From: Mobula birostris
Lineage: Eukaryota
Direction of reading: 5' to 3'
Assembly (NCBI RefSeq): GCF_030028105.1
Contig: NC_092379.1
Span: 19,817,309-19,881,308, forward strand
DNA length: 64,000 nt
The position numbers and the translations under genes were made by a program. Below the pieces are notes generated by a model, which did not search any database, was not told the origin of the DNA, and saw only the letters and a program-made list of their open reading frames with translations. Shown here one piece after another: positions 37,500 through 51,559 of this stretch (position 1 is the stretch's first letter; each line of letters begins with the position of its first letter).

Positions 37500-40400
37500 C
37501 ATGCTGACTTTACCCTATATTTTCTTGTGTCTCCAGGTACACTGAAGCCTCATCTTTAATAATATATTCCATCATTTTTCTAACTACTGATATCAAGGTA
37601 ACTGGCTTATAATTTCCTTTCTTTGCCTCTGTCCCTTCTTAAAGAATGGGGTGACATTTGTAATGTTCCAGTCCTCTGGAATTATTTCAGATTCCAGTGT
37701 TTACTTAAAAATCTTTTCTAATGCTTCCACAATCTCTTCAGCTACTTCTTTCAGAACTCTGGACTGTAGCCCACCTGATCAAGATGCCTTAATTACCTTC
37801 ATACCTTTCAACTTCCCAAAACACCTTCTGCTTAATAAGAGCAACTAAACTCACTTCGCCCTGACACTCTCACATTTCTGGCATTCTGCTGTTGTCTTCC
37901 ACATTCAAAACTGACACAAAATACTTATTATGTTTGGCTGTCATTTTTTGTCCCCCATTACCACCTCTCCAGCATCATTTCCCAGTGGTCCAATATCCAC
38001 TTACCCCACATTTACTCTTTCTATATCTGAAAAGACTTTTTGCATCCTCATGTTTTTGGCTAGCTTACCTTCATATGTCTCTCTCTAGATTTTTTACTTG
38101 CCATCTGTTATCTTTTAAAAGATTCCCAGTCCTCTAAATTCCCAGTAATTCTTGTTCTATTGTATGCTCTCTCTTTTCCTTTCAGGTTGTCTTTGACTTC
38201 CCTTGTCAGCCACGGTTGCCTCATCATCTCTTGAGAATACTTCATCTTTGGGATGTATATTTCCTGTGCCTTCCAAATTGCTACTAGAAACTCCAGCCAA
38301 TGCTGTTCTGATGTCATCTCTGCTCATGTTCCCTTCAAATCAGCTTTGCCCAGCTCCTCTCTCTTGCCTCTGTGTTCCCTTTACTCCACTGTAATACTGA
38401 TACATCCAATTTTAGTTTCGCTTTCTCAAACTAAAGAGTGAATTCTATCATATTATTAACACTACCTCCTACGGGTTCCTTTACATCATGCTCCCTAATC
38501 AAATCTGGGTCATTCGATAACACCCAATCTAGAATTGAATCCCCACCCCCCCCCCCCATAGGGCTCAACCACAAGCTGATCTAAAAAACAATTTGAGGCA
38601 TTTGGCAAATTCCCTCACTTGGGATACTGCACCAGTCTGATTTTCCCAATCTACCTGGATATTAAAATCCCTCATGACTATCACAACATTAGTTGCCATT
38701 TTTGCATGCCATTTCTATTTCCCATTGTAATTTGTAGGACATATCCTGGTTAATGTTTGGAGGCCTGTATAAAACTCCCATGAGGGTTGTTTTACACTTG
38801 TGATTACTTAACTTTACCCACAATAATTCTACATTTCTGATACTTTGTAACATCTTTCTAAGGATTTGATTTCATCTTTTTTTTTACCAACAGAGCCTCC
38901 ACATCCCCTCTGCCTACCTACCTATCCTTTCAATACTTTGTGCACCTTTGGATGTTAAGCTCCCAACTATGATCTTCTTTCAGCAATGACTCTGCGAGGC
39001 CCACACCATCATACCTGCCCATCTCTAACTGCGCTACAAGATCAGCAACCTGATTCTGTATGCTGCGTGTATTCAAATATAACGCCTTCAGTCCTGCGTT
39101 CATCACCCCCGTTGCAATTTAACTCATCCCACTGACTGCTATTCTGCCCTATTAACTGCCTGCCATTCCTCACAGTCTCACTACATACTGCATCTAGTTG
39201 TATACCAACTGCCCTACCCTCAGCCCTATCACTCTAGTTCCCACCTCCTTGCCAAATTTGTTTAAATCTCCCCAACTTCTCTAGCAAACCTTTCTGCAAG
39301 GACACTGGTCCCCCTTAGGTTCAGGTGCAAAACGGTCTTCTTTGACAGATCATACCTTCCCAAGAAGAATATGGGCATAGACCAGTACAGCACAGGAACA
39401 AGCCCTTCAGCCCAAAATGCTGTGCTGATCCAACTAAAATGTAAATGAAAAAATACCCCCAAAACTAACCCCTCATACCTATATAATGCCCATATCCCTT
39501 CATCTTCCTCAAACTCATGTGCCCATCTAAACATCTCTTAGACATCTCTAATGTATTTGCCTCTTCCACCATACCTGGCGGCACATTCCAGGCATCCACC
39601 ACTCTGAGTAAACAACTTACCCCTCAATTCTCCTTTGAACCTACCCTCTCTCACCTTCAATGTATGTCCATGTCCTCTTGTATGAGACATTTCTACCCTG
39701 GGGAAAAGATGTTCCCTGTCTACTTTATCTATGCCTGTCATTATCATATAAACCTCCATCAGATTTTCCCCCAGTCTCTGCCATTCTAAAGCAACCCTGT
39801 TTGTCCAGCCTCTGATGATAGTACATGTCCTCTACACCAGGCAACATCTTGGTAAACCTCTTCTGCACCCTCTCCAAAGCCTCAAATTCCTTCCTATAGT
39901 GGGACAACTAGAAATGTATGCAATATTCCAGATGTGGCCTAACCAGAGTTTTATAAAGTTGCAACATAACTGCTTGACTTTTGAGCTCAATGCCTCAACT
40001 AATAAAAGCAAGCATTTCATGAGCCTTCTTAACTACCCGAATGACCCGTGCAGCCTTCTTAAATAGTGGTACAACATTAGCTAATCGCCAGTCCTCCAGG
40101 ACCTCACCTGTGCCTAGAGATGACATAGAGATACTGGTCAAGACTCCAGCAATCTCACTTTTTACCTCCTTCAATAACCTGGGGTAAATTCCATCAGGCT
40201 GTGGGAACCTACCTATCCACCTTAATACTCATTGGGAGGTCCAACATTTCCTCCTGCTTGACTGCTCTAAATGCCCTCATGTATTTATACACTGAACACT
40301 GATCTCCTGGTCCTCCATATCCTTTTCCTTGGTAAACACTGAAGCAAAGTACTCACTAAGTAACTCACTCACACTCTCTGCATCCAAGCAAATGTTCCCC

Positions 40401-41230
40401 CTTTATTACTGAGTGATCCCATCTCTCCCTAGTTATGTTTTCACTCTTGATGTATGTATAGAATGCCTTTGGATTCACCTTAATTCTAGTTACCAAGGAT
40501 GTTTCATGACCCTTCCTGGCTTTCCTAATTCCCTGCTGAAGGCCGGGCTTTTCAACTTTCTACCAAACTCCCTATATTCTGTCTTCAGGACTCCCTCCCT
40601 TTTCCTACCTATCCCATTGATACCAATAACTATCAAGTGTTCCAGTTGTTCATCGTTCCCCTTTCGAATGCTGTGGACTCATTCTGAAACATCCCTGACC
40701 CTGGCACCTGTGAGGCAACATACCATCCTGGCAACACACACAAATTGCTGGAGGAACCGAACAGGCCAGGAAGCATCTATGGAAAAAGTACAGTCAACAC
40801 TTCAGGCCGAGACCCTTCAGCAGTCTCTTTCATGTTCACAAAATCTGCTGTCTGCTTCTCTAATTATGGTACCTGCTTCCTGCTACTTCAGAGTGACTAC
40901 CTCCCTGTAGCTCCTATTGATCATCTCTTCATTTTCCCGAATGAGCCATAGGTCTGCCAGCTACAGCTGCAGTTCCTCAACACAATCTCTAAGGAGCTGC
41001 AGCTCAGTGCGCTTCATGCAAATGTAATTATCAGGGAGACTGAAGGTCTCCAAAAGTTCCCAAATCTCACACATAGTGAAATTAGCTATGTACTAACAGA
41101 AAAAATAACTTACAAGAAACTTACTGAGAACAGCCGCCTGTGCTTCCTCAGCCTGTTTTTGAGGAAGCCTGTTGATCTAAACCCTGAGCACTCAGACAGT
41201 GCCCACTCACACAATGGTCGCTTTGCTTAC
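37500..41230 (-). mobile_element. Nested decayed CR1 LINE fragments plus a short SINE
   Basis: Minus-strand APE/RT/ORF1 remnants similar to 13141-17480. A second CR1 3' end starts at ~39370, and a short SINE lies at ~40735-40830. Confidence 0.7.
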
Positions 41231-41243
41231 ACCTGTTTTCTTA

Positions 41244-42101
41244 TGTAGCCAAACCAGCAGAAATGGACCACTCAGTTGGGGTCTGGATTACTGGAACTAA
41301 GAAAGTTTTATTAAAGAAATAAGCAACACAGTACACTAATAGTAAGGATATAAATGCAACAGGTTAGCAATGAATAAACACACATGTACACAGAACTAGG
41401 ATAATAGGGTCAATCAAGCTCTATCGCAGTCTATGGGTAAGATGATCAATCACAAGTGACAGAGTTCAGTTTAGTTCAGTTCGCAGTAACCGCCGTCGTG
41501 CCATTGGAGAGAGAGAGAGAATGAATGAATATGCAAATCGGATTCCAAACATACCTTCCATATTCCTCGCAGTTAGCTTTCGGGCGAGCCCTTTGTAATG
41601 TCTTCTGAGGTCACCGACTGTGACCCCTCCATTCCAGACAGGATCGTTCTTCAGCGGTGAACCCGGCACCCAGGCAAGGGCGGACACACACCAGGTTCCC
41701 GCCGACCGTATCTTTCCACCCTGTGCGTCTATGGCTGGTCCCACGACTAGACCTCCAAAACTCCCACCGACTTGTGGGGGCGCACCGCTTCCAGGGTCTC
41801 GTTACCTCATTGCGTCGTGTGTGTTGTCTTAGCGAACCTGCCTCTTTTTATCCCCCTGCTGGGGTATCGCCTGTCCATCACACTTCAAACAGTTCAGGGT
41901 TCAAAAGGAGCCGGTCTTGACAATACTCAGACCGGTGTCTCCTTCCGTTAAATTCTCTCGTCTCTTCATTAACATTTCCAAATGCTGCTTCATTGTCTTA
42001 CTTATCTCTCTGTCCTGAAGATAGGTGGCAGATCAACTGTTGATCCCACTGGTGCTAGCACAGGACAGTTAACATCTTAGTCTATGTGTACTTTTGTAAC
42101 C
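41244..42101 (-). mobile_element. Solo-LTR-like element (~860 bp)
   Basis: Ends TGTAGC...TGTAAC(c). On the minus strand a TATA-like GATAAAAAG precedes an AATAAA near the 3' end. CpG-richer than its flanks; TSD not clean. Confidence 0.55.
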
Positions 42102-43712
42102 CTCTTTCGTCACACTTGTCATTGGTCCCTGATGAGTGTCTAATCAATCATTATGATTGCAGTCCACCGACAATTCCCAAAAACACGCAAGTTCTTTTTT
42201 AACCTCATGCTGCGTCACCAGTGAATGACCTCTCACTCTGATTGCAGGCTGCACAAAGGTAAGTGGTAAAGTGAAGGGTGAATGTGAGCAAAATTACAGT
42301 GGAATTTGTTTAGTTGAATAAGTTGGCTGAAGAGTGTCAACTGCTGTTCTTTTTAAGGAAGTGTAAGGTGTAATGCTTTAGAAAGTTAAACCAAGGTAGG
42401 ACTTTCAAAGAGAACAAATGGGTCCTGGAGAGTATTGTGGAACAGAGGGATCTTGGAGTTCCAGTACATGGTTCACTGAATGTGAAGTGGTGAAAGGTCT
42501 TTTATTATGTTGGCCTTTATCAGTCAGGACATAACGATGAAAATCTGAGACCACATGGTGAGAATGTACAAGGCGCTGGTGAGGTTGCATTTGGAATGTT
42601 GTGCTCAGTTTTTATTCATCCTGCTGCTGAAAAGATGCTATTAATCTGCCAAGAGTGCAGAAAAGATTCACTAGAATGTTGCCATGACTGAGTTAAAGGG
42701 AGAGGTTGTTTTGGCTAGGGCCTTCCTTGGAGTGAATATACAAATTAATTAACATATAATTTGCAGCTTAATCACAGTCACTGTGGAAAGTCAACATAGG
42801 AATGAGAAGGGATGTTTTCTTGATACTGCGCTTGTTTATTAAATCTCTTAAAAATTAACTTCCTCAACTCCGGTGAAACACTCTGGCTTGCAGGAGATTG
42901 GTGATTTTATAGAGATGCATAAAATCAAGAGGGCCATGGGTAGGAAAAGTTCCCTCAAAATGCTGTCAATGTGACTAGCTTGGATGAGCATCTTGGTCAA
43001 CATGGAAGAGTTGGACTGAAAGGCCAGTTTCCATGCACTTTGACCCTCTGACTCTACAAATGCCAGTGCAATTTAAAGTGGCAATTAACCTCTCAACAAG
43101 CGTGCATTTAGGATACAGAAGGACACCCACATTCTCCACCCTCTCAGTCTGACTGATACACTGACACCCAGTGGCTGTCGGTTAGTATTACAACAGTCAG
43201 TTTGACTGAAGCCTGAATATTGGGAGGTGTTCCTCTGAACCCAGTGGCTGCAGTTTATAACTGCAAAGTTACAAATGCTTCCAGTCAAATTGACTTCAAT
43301 CCAGACACAAGAGTCTGCAGACCCTGGGATCTGGAGCTACACACAATCTACTGGAGGAACTCAGCGGGTTGAGCAACATCGATGGAAAGAAACTGTCGAA
43401 TCCCTGAATGAGGACAGTCCACATGAGCATCTGGGTTATAACAGACAGATTGAAATTACCAAAGTAAAGAAAACCTGCTCATGTTGCATATCAGAAGTAA
43501 AACCTCTTGCCAGCACTGGATAGACAATATACATTGTACATCAGTGGTGGAGGGAATGAAATTGAGTGTCAGTGAGTAGACTATATACATCACCAAATGT
43601 GCCATGGATTTCAACGATCAAGTTAACACAACTGTAATATTGCAAAAACAGAGTCCAATGAACGAGAGCTCATGTCAAAGGTCTAATGAAGACACCCTAT
43701 AAATGCAAATTA

Positions 43713-45378
43713 CACTGGACAACCAATTTTTTCAGAAGTATTGCTTCCTCAGAATTTTTTTTTTGTTTATGATAGGCTGCTTGAAGATGAACACAAATAT
43801 AATTTCAGACTACTTGTATCACGTAGGAATTTGGAAATACAACAAATTAACTTTTATAGAATATAATGTGTTTAATTGCATAATGGTGCTGATGCTTTGC
43901 AATAGTTCAACCAAGCTGAAAATACTTTGTTATTGATTTTCATTTGTACTCAGTGTCTGAGGCTTCTTACTTAAGTGTCCAACGATAATTCACTAGCATT
44001 GATGGATTACAGTTGCCCTGGTATCTTTTCTCCATACCGCAACGTCCTGATGAAACCTTTCACCATGCTCGTCACTAACAGCACCAAGATTTGCAGGGAA
44101 GAAGTCTAAATGGGAGTGGAGAAAATGAATCTTTAGTGATATGTTGCATTTCATGGTTTTATGAGGCGGGAGGGGAAGATGGCGGCGCGACGCAGCTCAC
44201 AGTGGCCATTCCGGTGGTGATATCTGTTATCTGTCAAGTAGGGTGCCGTGCACAGTCCTGATTTGATGGAGACAGACGTGAGAGCATGGAGGAACATCTG
44301 GTGAAACTTCTGAAATGCCTGCTACTGTGTGATCCAGAACCTCCGGAAGGGAAGGCCCTGAGTCCTCGGCTCTGCTTGTTGCTTGGCGGCCACGGCGGGG
44401 TTGAAGTGCTCGGCAGAGGATGGTGCTCAGTGCTCGGTGTCAGAGGGCTGGTCAGAGGCTCGAAGTTTTCGGACAGACTCAGAATCCACTGTGGTCGGGT
44501 GCTTCCAATGGTGCTGCATCGGCAAGTTTTCAGCGCTTGGAGGTTCATGGCAGGGAGAGTTTCTCCCTTCTACCGTCTGCGTGAGATGATGGAGCTATCG
44601 GGACTTGAGACTTTTTTTTTTACCGTGCCCGTGGTCTGCTCTTTATCAAATTACTGTATTGCTTTGCACTGTTGTAACTATATGTTATAATTATGTGGTT
44701 TTGTCAGTTTTAGTCTTGGTTTGTCCTGTGTTTCTGTGATATCACTCTGGAGGAACATTGTATTAGTTTTTAATGAATGCATTTCTAAATGACAATAAAT
44801 GAGGACTGAGTGTCCTCATAATCTAATCTAATCTATATGCTTGAAGCATGCTTTCCACCAGCTGCATGTAGTTTGGTGCTATGTAGATGCCGAGAAAAAA
44901 TTCAACAACTTCCATGTGATTTTCTCTGGTCCCACTAGAAATTCTTCAAACTGCCTGTCATTAATGACCTGTTTGATTTGTGGACCAACAAAAATGCTTT
45001 CCTTAATCTTGGCATCATTTATTCTGGGAAGCATCTGTCTCAAATATCAAAATCATTCATAGAAATTTTTGTGCCTGGTGATAGCAAATTCCATCCTTAC
45101 AGTCCTGAACCCAATAATTATTACAACCTGTCCTGCCATGCAGCAGCCTTGCCACCTAAGCATGCCCAAGCATGCCTGGACAAGATAGGAATCTTTCCAG
45201 CTTACATTGTAGGCAACATTTTAATTGACTTGAATTATGAATTGAAATAATAAACATAAGTTTATTTTAAAAATGGTGCGTGATAGGGAAATTTCATGGT
45301 GATTTTCATGATCAGTAGCCCAAAATTCATAAGATACACCTAAAGGTAGTCAGGAAGCAAAATCTTTGTTGTCCAGTG
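43713..45378 (-). mobile_element. Chapaev3-like (CMC) DNA transposon, internally deleted
   Basis: TIRs CACTGGACAAC...GTTGTCCAGTG and a perfect 3-bp TSD TTA (43710-43712, 45379-45381). Minus-strand transposase remnant AKIKESIFVGPQIK...LVESMLQAY|KTMKCNISLKIHFLHSHLDFFPANLGAVSDEHGERFHQD carries the H(4)H motif and the third catalytic Glu. Confidence 0.85.
44163..44833 (+). mobile_element. ~670-bp non-autonomous non-LTR retroposon inserted in the Chapaev transposase
   Basis: CpG-rich 5' end GGAAGATGGCGGCG; 3' end AATAAA plus (ATCTA)n tail. Removing it restores CTT CAA GCA TAT AAA ACC ATG (LQAYKTM). Confidence 0.8.
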
Positions 45379-45839
45379 TTATTGCAAGGTAATAATACAT
45401 TGCCAGAAAAAGACAGCAAGAGATAGCAGGGATTGTATAAACTGTCTTATCAGTGAGATACTAACTGATGAGTGAAAACCCTGCCCTTCCCCTATCTGTC
45501 ATTTTCAATGTAGTCTCAGGACCCCTTGGTACAATGAAATCCTCCCGTGCACTGTTTCACCCACACCATCCAGCAGTGTCTTTGTGCCTGACTGTTACCC
45601 TGACACCCAAAGACTGTCAGTTACGATTACAGCAGCCAGTTTAACTGATGGGTCAGTATTTGGAGGTGCTGGTGTTATTATTGCAGGGTAACAAATTGTT
45701 TGAATCAAAATGGCTTCGGACAAAATTGACATCTGAACTCCAACAAGAAGAATGAAAGCATCACTGAGGGACAAATAACTACACATATTGCAAATATGAG
45801 ATAAAAACTCCAGAAATTACAGGACAGGCAGTATCTGTG

Positions 45840-46230
45840 GAGAGAGGAACAAACTATTATTGCAAGTCTTTCACACGAATGCTCCGGATGGCTCTTGACA
45901 TGAGTTGGCATCAGCACATGATGAACGTCAAGCTCTCTGACAATCTACTGATGCTCACCACTAAAATCGAGGTGAGAAGACTGAAACTAGTGGGGCACTG
46001 TCGACGCCACCCCGAGCTACGTGTTAGCCTAGTCATCATATGGGAGCCCAAGCATGGGAGGATGAAACCTGGGCGCCCTCCCAAGACTATGGTCAACACG
46101 CTCCTAGAAGACAGTGGTGCAGCTAATGTAGATGAACTGAATACACTGATGAGGGAGAGGGAGAAGTGGAGAGTCCATCATTGTGGCTGACGCCGGTCCC
46201 CTAGGCCTGAGTCAATGTAGTAGTAGTAGT
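45840..46230 (+). mobile_element. RTE-like LINE 3' end
   Basis: RMLRMALDMSW...RRLKLVGHCRRHPEL...WEPKHGRMKPGRP followed by a (TAG)n tail at 46217-46230. Confidence 0.75.
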
Positions 46231-46234
46231 ATTG

Positions 46235-47130
46235 CAGATAACTCAGTTAGAAAATGAGATTCTATTCCTCCAGCTTGCTTTTGTCCTCACCATGGTACTA
46301 AATGATGCCAAGACCAGACAGTTTGCTGTGGAAATGGGGAGGGGAATTAAAAGGACTTGCATGTGGAAGCTATCGATGGCCATTGTGTCTGGAGTGCAGA
46401 TGTTTGTTAATGTGGTTCCCTAGTCGACACTTGGGTCACCTTGACAGCACTGAATGCAATAGCCAACAGCGGATGAGGTGCATGGAAATCTGAGCCTCAC
46501 TGGAAAGACTGTTTCGGTGATTGAATGGTGGTGAGGAGGTGTAGGGACAGGTGTTACACCATCACCAATTGCAGAGGAAATTCCTGGGGAGAGTGAGTTA
46601 TCGACAAACCAGTGAATCACGGAGAGGGTGGTCCCCGTGGAAAGCAAACAGGTCGGGGGGGTGGGGGGTGGTTAGAAGATGCGGGATCGCGAAGAATGAA
46701 TGCTGAATGTGAAGGCTGGTGGGATGAAATGTGAGAAAATTCTCTCCCTGTTCTGTCTGAGGGAGATGGATTCAGTGCAGAATTGTTGGAAATGGAGGAG
46801 ATGTGGGTCAGGTCTCTATCAACCACAGCATAAGAGCATTGAAACTTGCTGCTCTTTCTGAAAAGACGATGTTTCAGATGTCCCTTATGGAAGGCCATTT
46901 CTCAATTACAGATGCCGCAGGGATGGAGAAACTGAGAGAAAGGAACGGCATCCCTACATAAAAGAATTTGATAGGAAGTGTTGTCCTGGTATTATGGGAA
47001 TTAGTGGGTTTGTAGCAATTGTTAGTGGACCAAGAAAGGGGAAGTAGGTGTTGAAAATGGTCCAAATGAATCTGAGATTTTTGAGGGAAATGAGTAATCA
47101 ACATTTAGGTGAAGTCTCTTCACCTTAACT
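46235..47130 (-). mobile_element. Penelope-like fragment
   Basis: Reverse complement resembles the Penelope RT C-terminus/GIY-YIG segment at 23050-23810. Confidence 0.6.
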
Positions 47131-47979
47131 GAAAGTGTAGAACAGAGATCACCGGTATAAAGAGGTGAGAGTGGGCTGGGACAAGAGCTAGTTATCTTTG
47201 TATCTTTTTTAGTGAAGTGAGGTCCCAGATGTCTGCAAAATTGCTAATGATTTTCTTTGTATAAGGGCACTTGGGATTATTCAGCAAGGTAAAGATCAGT
47301 GAGACTCACATCAAATGGAGCGAAATGATGGGAGAAGATTCTTAGAGATTCGATTCACTCACTTTTGGTGAGGTATGGACATATGAGGGACCGTCAGCTT
47401 GGCTTTGTGCATCAGAATTCCTGCCTTATGAACAACTGAGATTTTTTTGGGAAGTGATGAAGCTGATTGATGATGACAGGGAAATGGATGTTGTCTACAT
47501 GGACCTTAGTAAAGGATTCAACATGGTCACTCATGCTTGACTTATCCAGAAGATTCAGACATTTGGGACACATGGAAACATGGGAATTTGGATTTAAAAT
47601 TGACTTAAAACAAACGGCTAGAGAAACTGAGCAGGTTTGACAGCACCGCTGGGGGTGGGGGGATAAGGACAGTTGATGTTTCAGGTAAAAACCCTGTATC
47701 TGGGATACAAGAGTAGAGGGCAGATAGAGCAAGAGCTGGTTAGTGATAGGTGAATCCAACTGAGGACTGGTGCAAGGCTGGTACAGCCAACAGCAGCTGT
47801 TTGTGATGAAATCTGCTAGGAGTAGAAGGTAGAGTCATGTTAGGGAGGTGCGTGGGCAGATGAGAACAACGGGGGTAGGAAACTCAGTAGCAGAAGTGTG
47901 TGAGTGATGGGCAGGTGGAGAAAGAAACAGCACAGTCAAGAGTTAGTGGTGGAGTCGCTGGTTGGATGAGTGTAGGAGG

Positions 47980-48510
47980 AACTGGGTTACAGCAGTTTGA
48001 CAGGCTGAATCACTGTTTGATATGGGAGGGCTACTGCACAGGACCGAAAGAAGCTGCAGAGGGTTGTCAATCTAGTCAGCTCCATCTTGGGCACTAGCCT
48101 ACAAAGTACCCAGAACATCTTCAGGGAGCGGTGTCTCAGAAAGGCAGCATCCATTACTAAGGACATCCAGCACCCAGGGCATGCCTTTTTCTCAGTGTTA
48201 CCATCAGGTAGGAGGTACAGAAGCCTGAAGGCACACACTCAGCAATTCAGGAACAGCTTATTCCCCTCTGCCATCCGATTCCTAAATGGGCATTGAACCC
48301 TTGGACACTACCTCACTTTTTTTTTAATATACAGTATTTCTGATTTTTGCACATCTTTTAATCTATTCAATGTACATATACTGCTATTTATTTATTTATT
48401 ATTATTTTATTTTGTTTACTTTTCTTCTATATTATGTATTGCATTGAACTGCTGCTGCTAAATTAACAAATTTCATGTCACATGCCAGTAATAATAAACC
48501 TGATTCTCAA
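47980..48510 (+). mobile_element. Rex1-like LINE 3' end
   Basis: IFRERCLRKAASITKDIQHPGHAFFSVLPSGRRYRSLKAHTQQFRNSLFPSAIRFLN followed by an AT-rich 3' UTR. Confidence 0.8.
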
Positions 48511-50479
48511 TAGGAGGACATGGATAAAGATGAAAAGGCTGTATTAACTGAAATTTGAGAATTCAATATTTCTGCTGTTGTTTTGTAGACCACCCAGGCA
48601 GAATATGAGCATATTATGCCTCTACTTTGCATTTGGTCTTACTTTGAGAGTGGTGGAAGCCAAGGACAGACACATTAGAATGTGGAGGGGAATTAAAAAG
48701 GCAAGAGGGAGGTCTCTGATACACAGATGCTCAGCAAAGCAGTCAGTGAGTTTGAGCCTGGTCTCATGGACTTGAAGACTATGTTTGGTCTCATCTTGTC
48801 TCTACAATTCAGCTTCTTTTTTCTGTCCATGCTTGGAACAGAGCCCTCAAGGGAACAGGCGCAGAGTGGTCCAGAGAAAACTGAAGCTGAATATCAGTCA
48901 GCAGGTTATTTATGAGCAAGTCCTATTTTAGAGCACCACAGGTGACAGCTTCCATTGCCTTTCCGATGATCGACAGTCAGATGATCATGCCACAGTGGGA
49001 AGAACAAGGATGCGGCAAATTTTCTAGCTATTCTGCATATCTTTTATCTCCCTCACTCTCTCTCTTCGCATATATGATTAATCTTCCTCTATAAGCTACC
49101 TCTAAAATCTTTGCACTAACATGCCAATTGGTGTCTAATATTGCTGACTAAATGAAGTGACATGAAACAGTTTTCAATAATGGGAGTGCAAATTCAAGTC
49201 ACCTGTCTCTATTTTATGGAACAGCTTTTCAGAGGTGGGAGAAACAGAGACATGGAATAATTCTGGGAGAAGACTCCAGTGCTGACAGCATAAAAGGTTG
49301 AAACTATGCCTGCAGTGGAGGGTGCAGGAGATGCAGGAATGGGCAAAGGATCTGAGTTGAGGAGAACAGTTGCAGTAAAAAGACAACTTGCACTTTTGTA
49401 GCATCTTTGTCAATCTCAGGACTCTGACAGTCAAACATAGTCTTCTTCCTGAAATCTCTTGCAGGATCAGAGCAAGAAGTATTAACACTTTCCCCTCCAT
49501 GAATGGCAGAGTGGACTTGGTAAATTATAACAATTCAGCGGTTTCACACAATCCTTCCCTCAATTTATGGTATTTGAATTCTGGGTTATTTTAATGTTCT
49601 GAAGCAAATTATCTTTGGTCAGGGTGAGTTTTTAATCTGTTTCTCTGGATCACTTACCCACCTTCTGTATTACTGGTGTCAGGTCAGATCTATAGTGCCA
49701 CAAAAAATTTCATTCACAGCAATTTCAAATTAACTGGAAAAACATCCAACAGTGAACTGTTATTTTCAGTCTAATGAACTCAGAGGCACCATGTACAAAG
49801 CTACCTACTGATGAGGGGTTAACGTACGCACATTGAAGGATCGGTCCAGGTACACTGTGAAAGTAGACAGCCCCCTAACAAGTTTCACAGAATACCCTCA
49901 CTTGACCTGATGGAGAGTGTCCTGAAGAGGAAGTCCAAGAACACCAAAGCTCTCAGGGAATGGAGGAATATAACCTGCTTGCAATCCCGACAAATCAATA
50001 AGCAACACATACAAAATGCTGGAGGAACTCAGCAGGTCAGGTCCATTGATGCTGCCAGGTACTCACTACTCTTGTTGTAAAGTTAACTCTCAGATCTCTT
50101 TTTAATCTCTGCCCTCTTATCTTCTATTAGTACCCTCTGTGTTGGACTCCCAACCCTGAGGAAGCGCCTATGACCATCCACCATTCCGTACCCCTCATGA
50201 TTTTAGAAACTTCTGAGGTCACCCCACACTCCCCTCTGCTCCAGATAATAAAGAACCAGCATGGCTTACTTCGTCCTATAACTCAGACCCTCTAGTCCAG
50301 GCAGCATCCTTGTACATCTCCTCTGTACCATTTCCAACTTGACAATGTCTTTCCTATATCAGAATGATCAAAACCGTATACAATACTCCAAGTGTGACCA
50401 CATCAACGATCTACATAACCACCACATAATCTCCCCACTCCTGAACGATGAACGCCAGCATGATAAATGCCTTTGGCAC

Positions 50480-51490
50480 CACCCTGTCATCTCCTCACAA
50501 ACTCCATCAGCACAGTTGCACCACAAAGCTGTGTTCTTAGCCCCCTGCTCTACTCGCTTTAAATACTCATGACTGTGAAGATTAGCACAGCTCCAATATC
50601 ATATTGAAGTCTGCTGAATCTAACGTGGTCACAAATCAGCATACAGGAGGGAGATTGAAAATCTGTCTGAGTGAATCCACAACAACAACGTCTCATTCAA
50701 TGTCAGCAAGACCAAGGAGATGATTATTGCCTTCAAGAGGACAAAACTGAAGGTCCATGAGGCAGTCCTCATTGGGGTGATCAGACTTGGAGAGTGTCAG
50801 CAACTTTAAATTCCTGATTGTCTTTTCAGAGGATCTGCTCTGGCCCCAGCATGCAAGCACCATAATGAAGAAGTCTGCAAAGATTCTGCATGTCATCTAA
50901 AGCTTTGACAAACTTTTTTAGAAGTGTGGTAAAGAGTATACTGACTGGTTGCATCATGGCCCAGTAGGGGACCACCAATGCCCTTGAATGGAAAAGCTCA
51001 CGAAACGTAGTGGGCATGGCTCACGCCATTATGGCTAAAACCCTCCCTAGCATTGAGCACAATTACAAGGAATGCTGTCGCATGAAAGAAGATCCATTAT
51101 CGAGGACCCAGGCCATACTCTTTTGTCGGGGGTACAGGAGCCTCAGGATCCACACCACTAGATTCAAGAAAAGTTATTACTCCCCTACTATCAGGCTGCA
51201 GTTCAGACGGGATAAAAACTTTCAACTTCACTTGCCCCATCTCTGAACTGGTCCCACAAGCTGTGTCACTTTCAAGGACTATCTCATGTTCTCAATATTT
51301 TTTGTTTATTTATTGATATTGTCACTTCTTTTCTTTCTCTTCCTGTATTTGCACAGTTTCTTCTCTTTCGCACATTGGTTGTTGTCTGTCCTTTCGGGAG
51401 CAGTCTTTCCCGCAAGAAAATGAACCTCAGGCTTGTATATTGTGACATGCACTGTATGTACTTTGACAATAAAGTTACTTTGAACTTTGA
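50480..51490 (+). mobile_element. Rex1-like LINE 3' fragment
   Basis: QSCVLSPLL, NVSKTKEMIIAF and LRIHTTRFKKSYY remnants. Confidence 0.7.
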
Positions 51491-51559
51491 ACTTGTGCAG
51501 CTGATTTCAGTCCAAACTGCATCACCTCACTTTGATCTAATTTACTATTCCTTAGCCCT

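Noticed and set aside
43702-43710. Perfect octamer ATGCAAAT (others near 24476, 41018 and 41531)
   Set aside because: Far from the V gene and within or beside transposons; no evidence of an Ig regulatory role.
45595-45786. Exon-like open frames on both strands in unique-looking DNA
   Set aside because: No recognisable domain and weak splice context.
49655-49690. Strong minus-strand donor G|GTAAGT with a possible 32-nt exon that might link to the 60.5-kb promoter
   Set aside because: Too short to identify; such motifs are frequent by chance.
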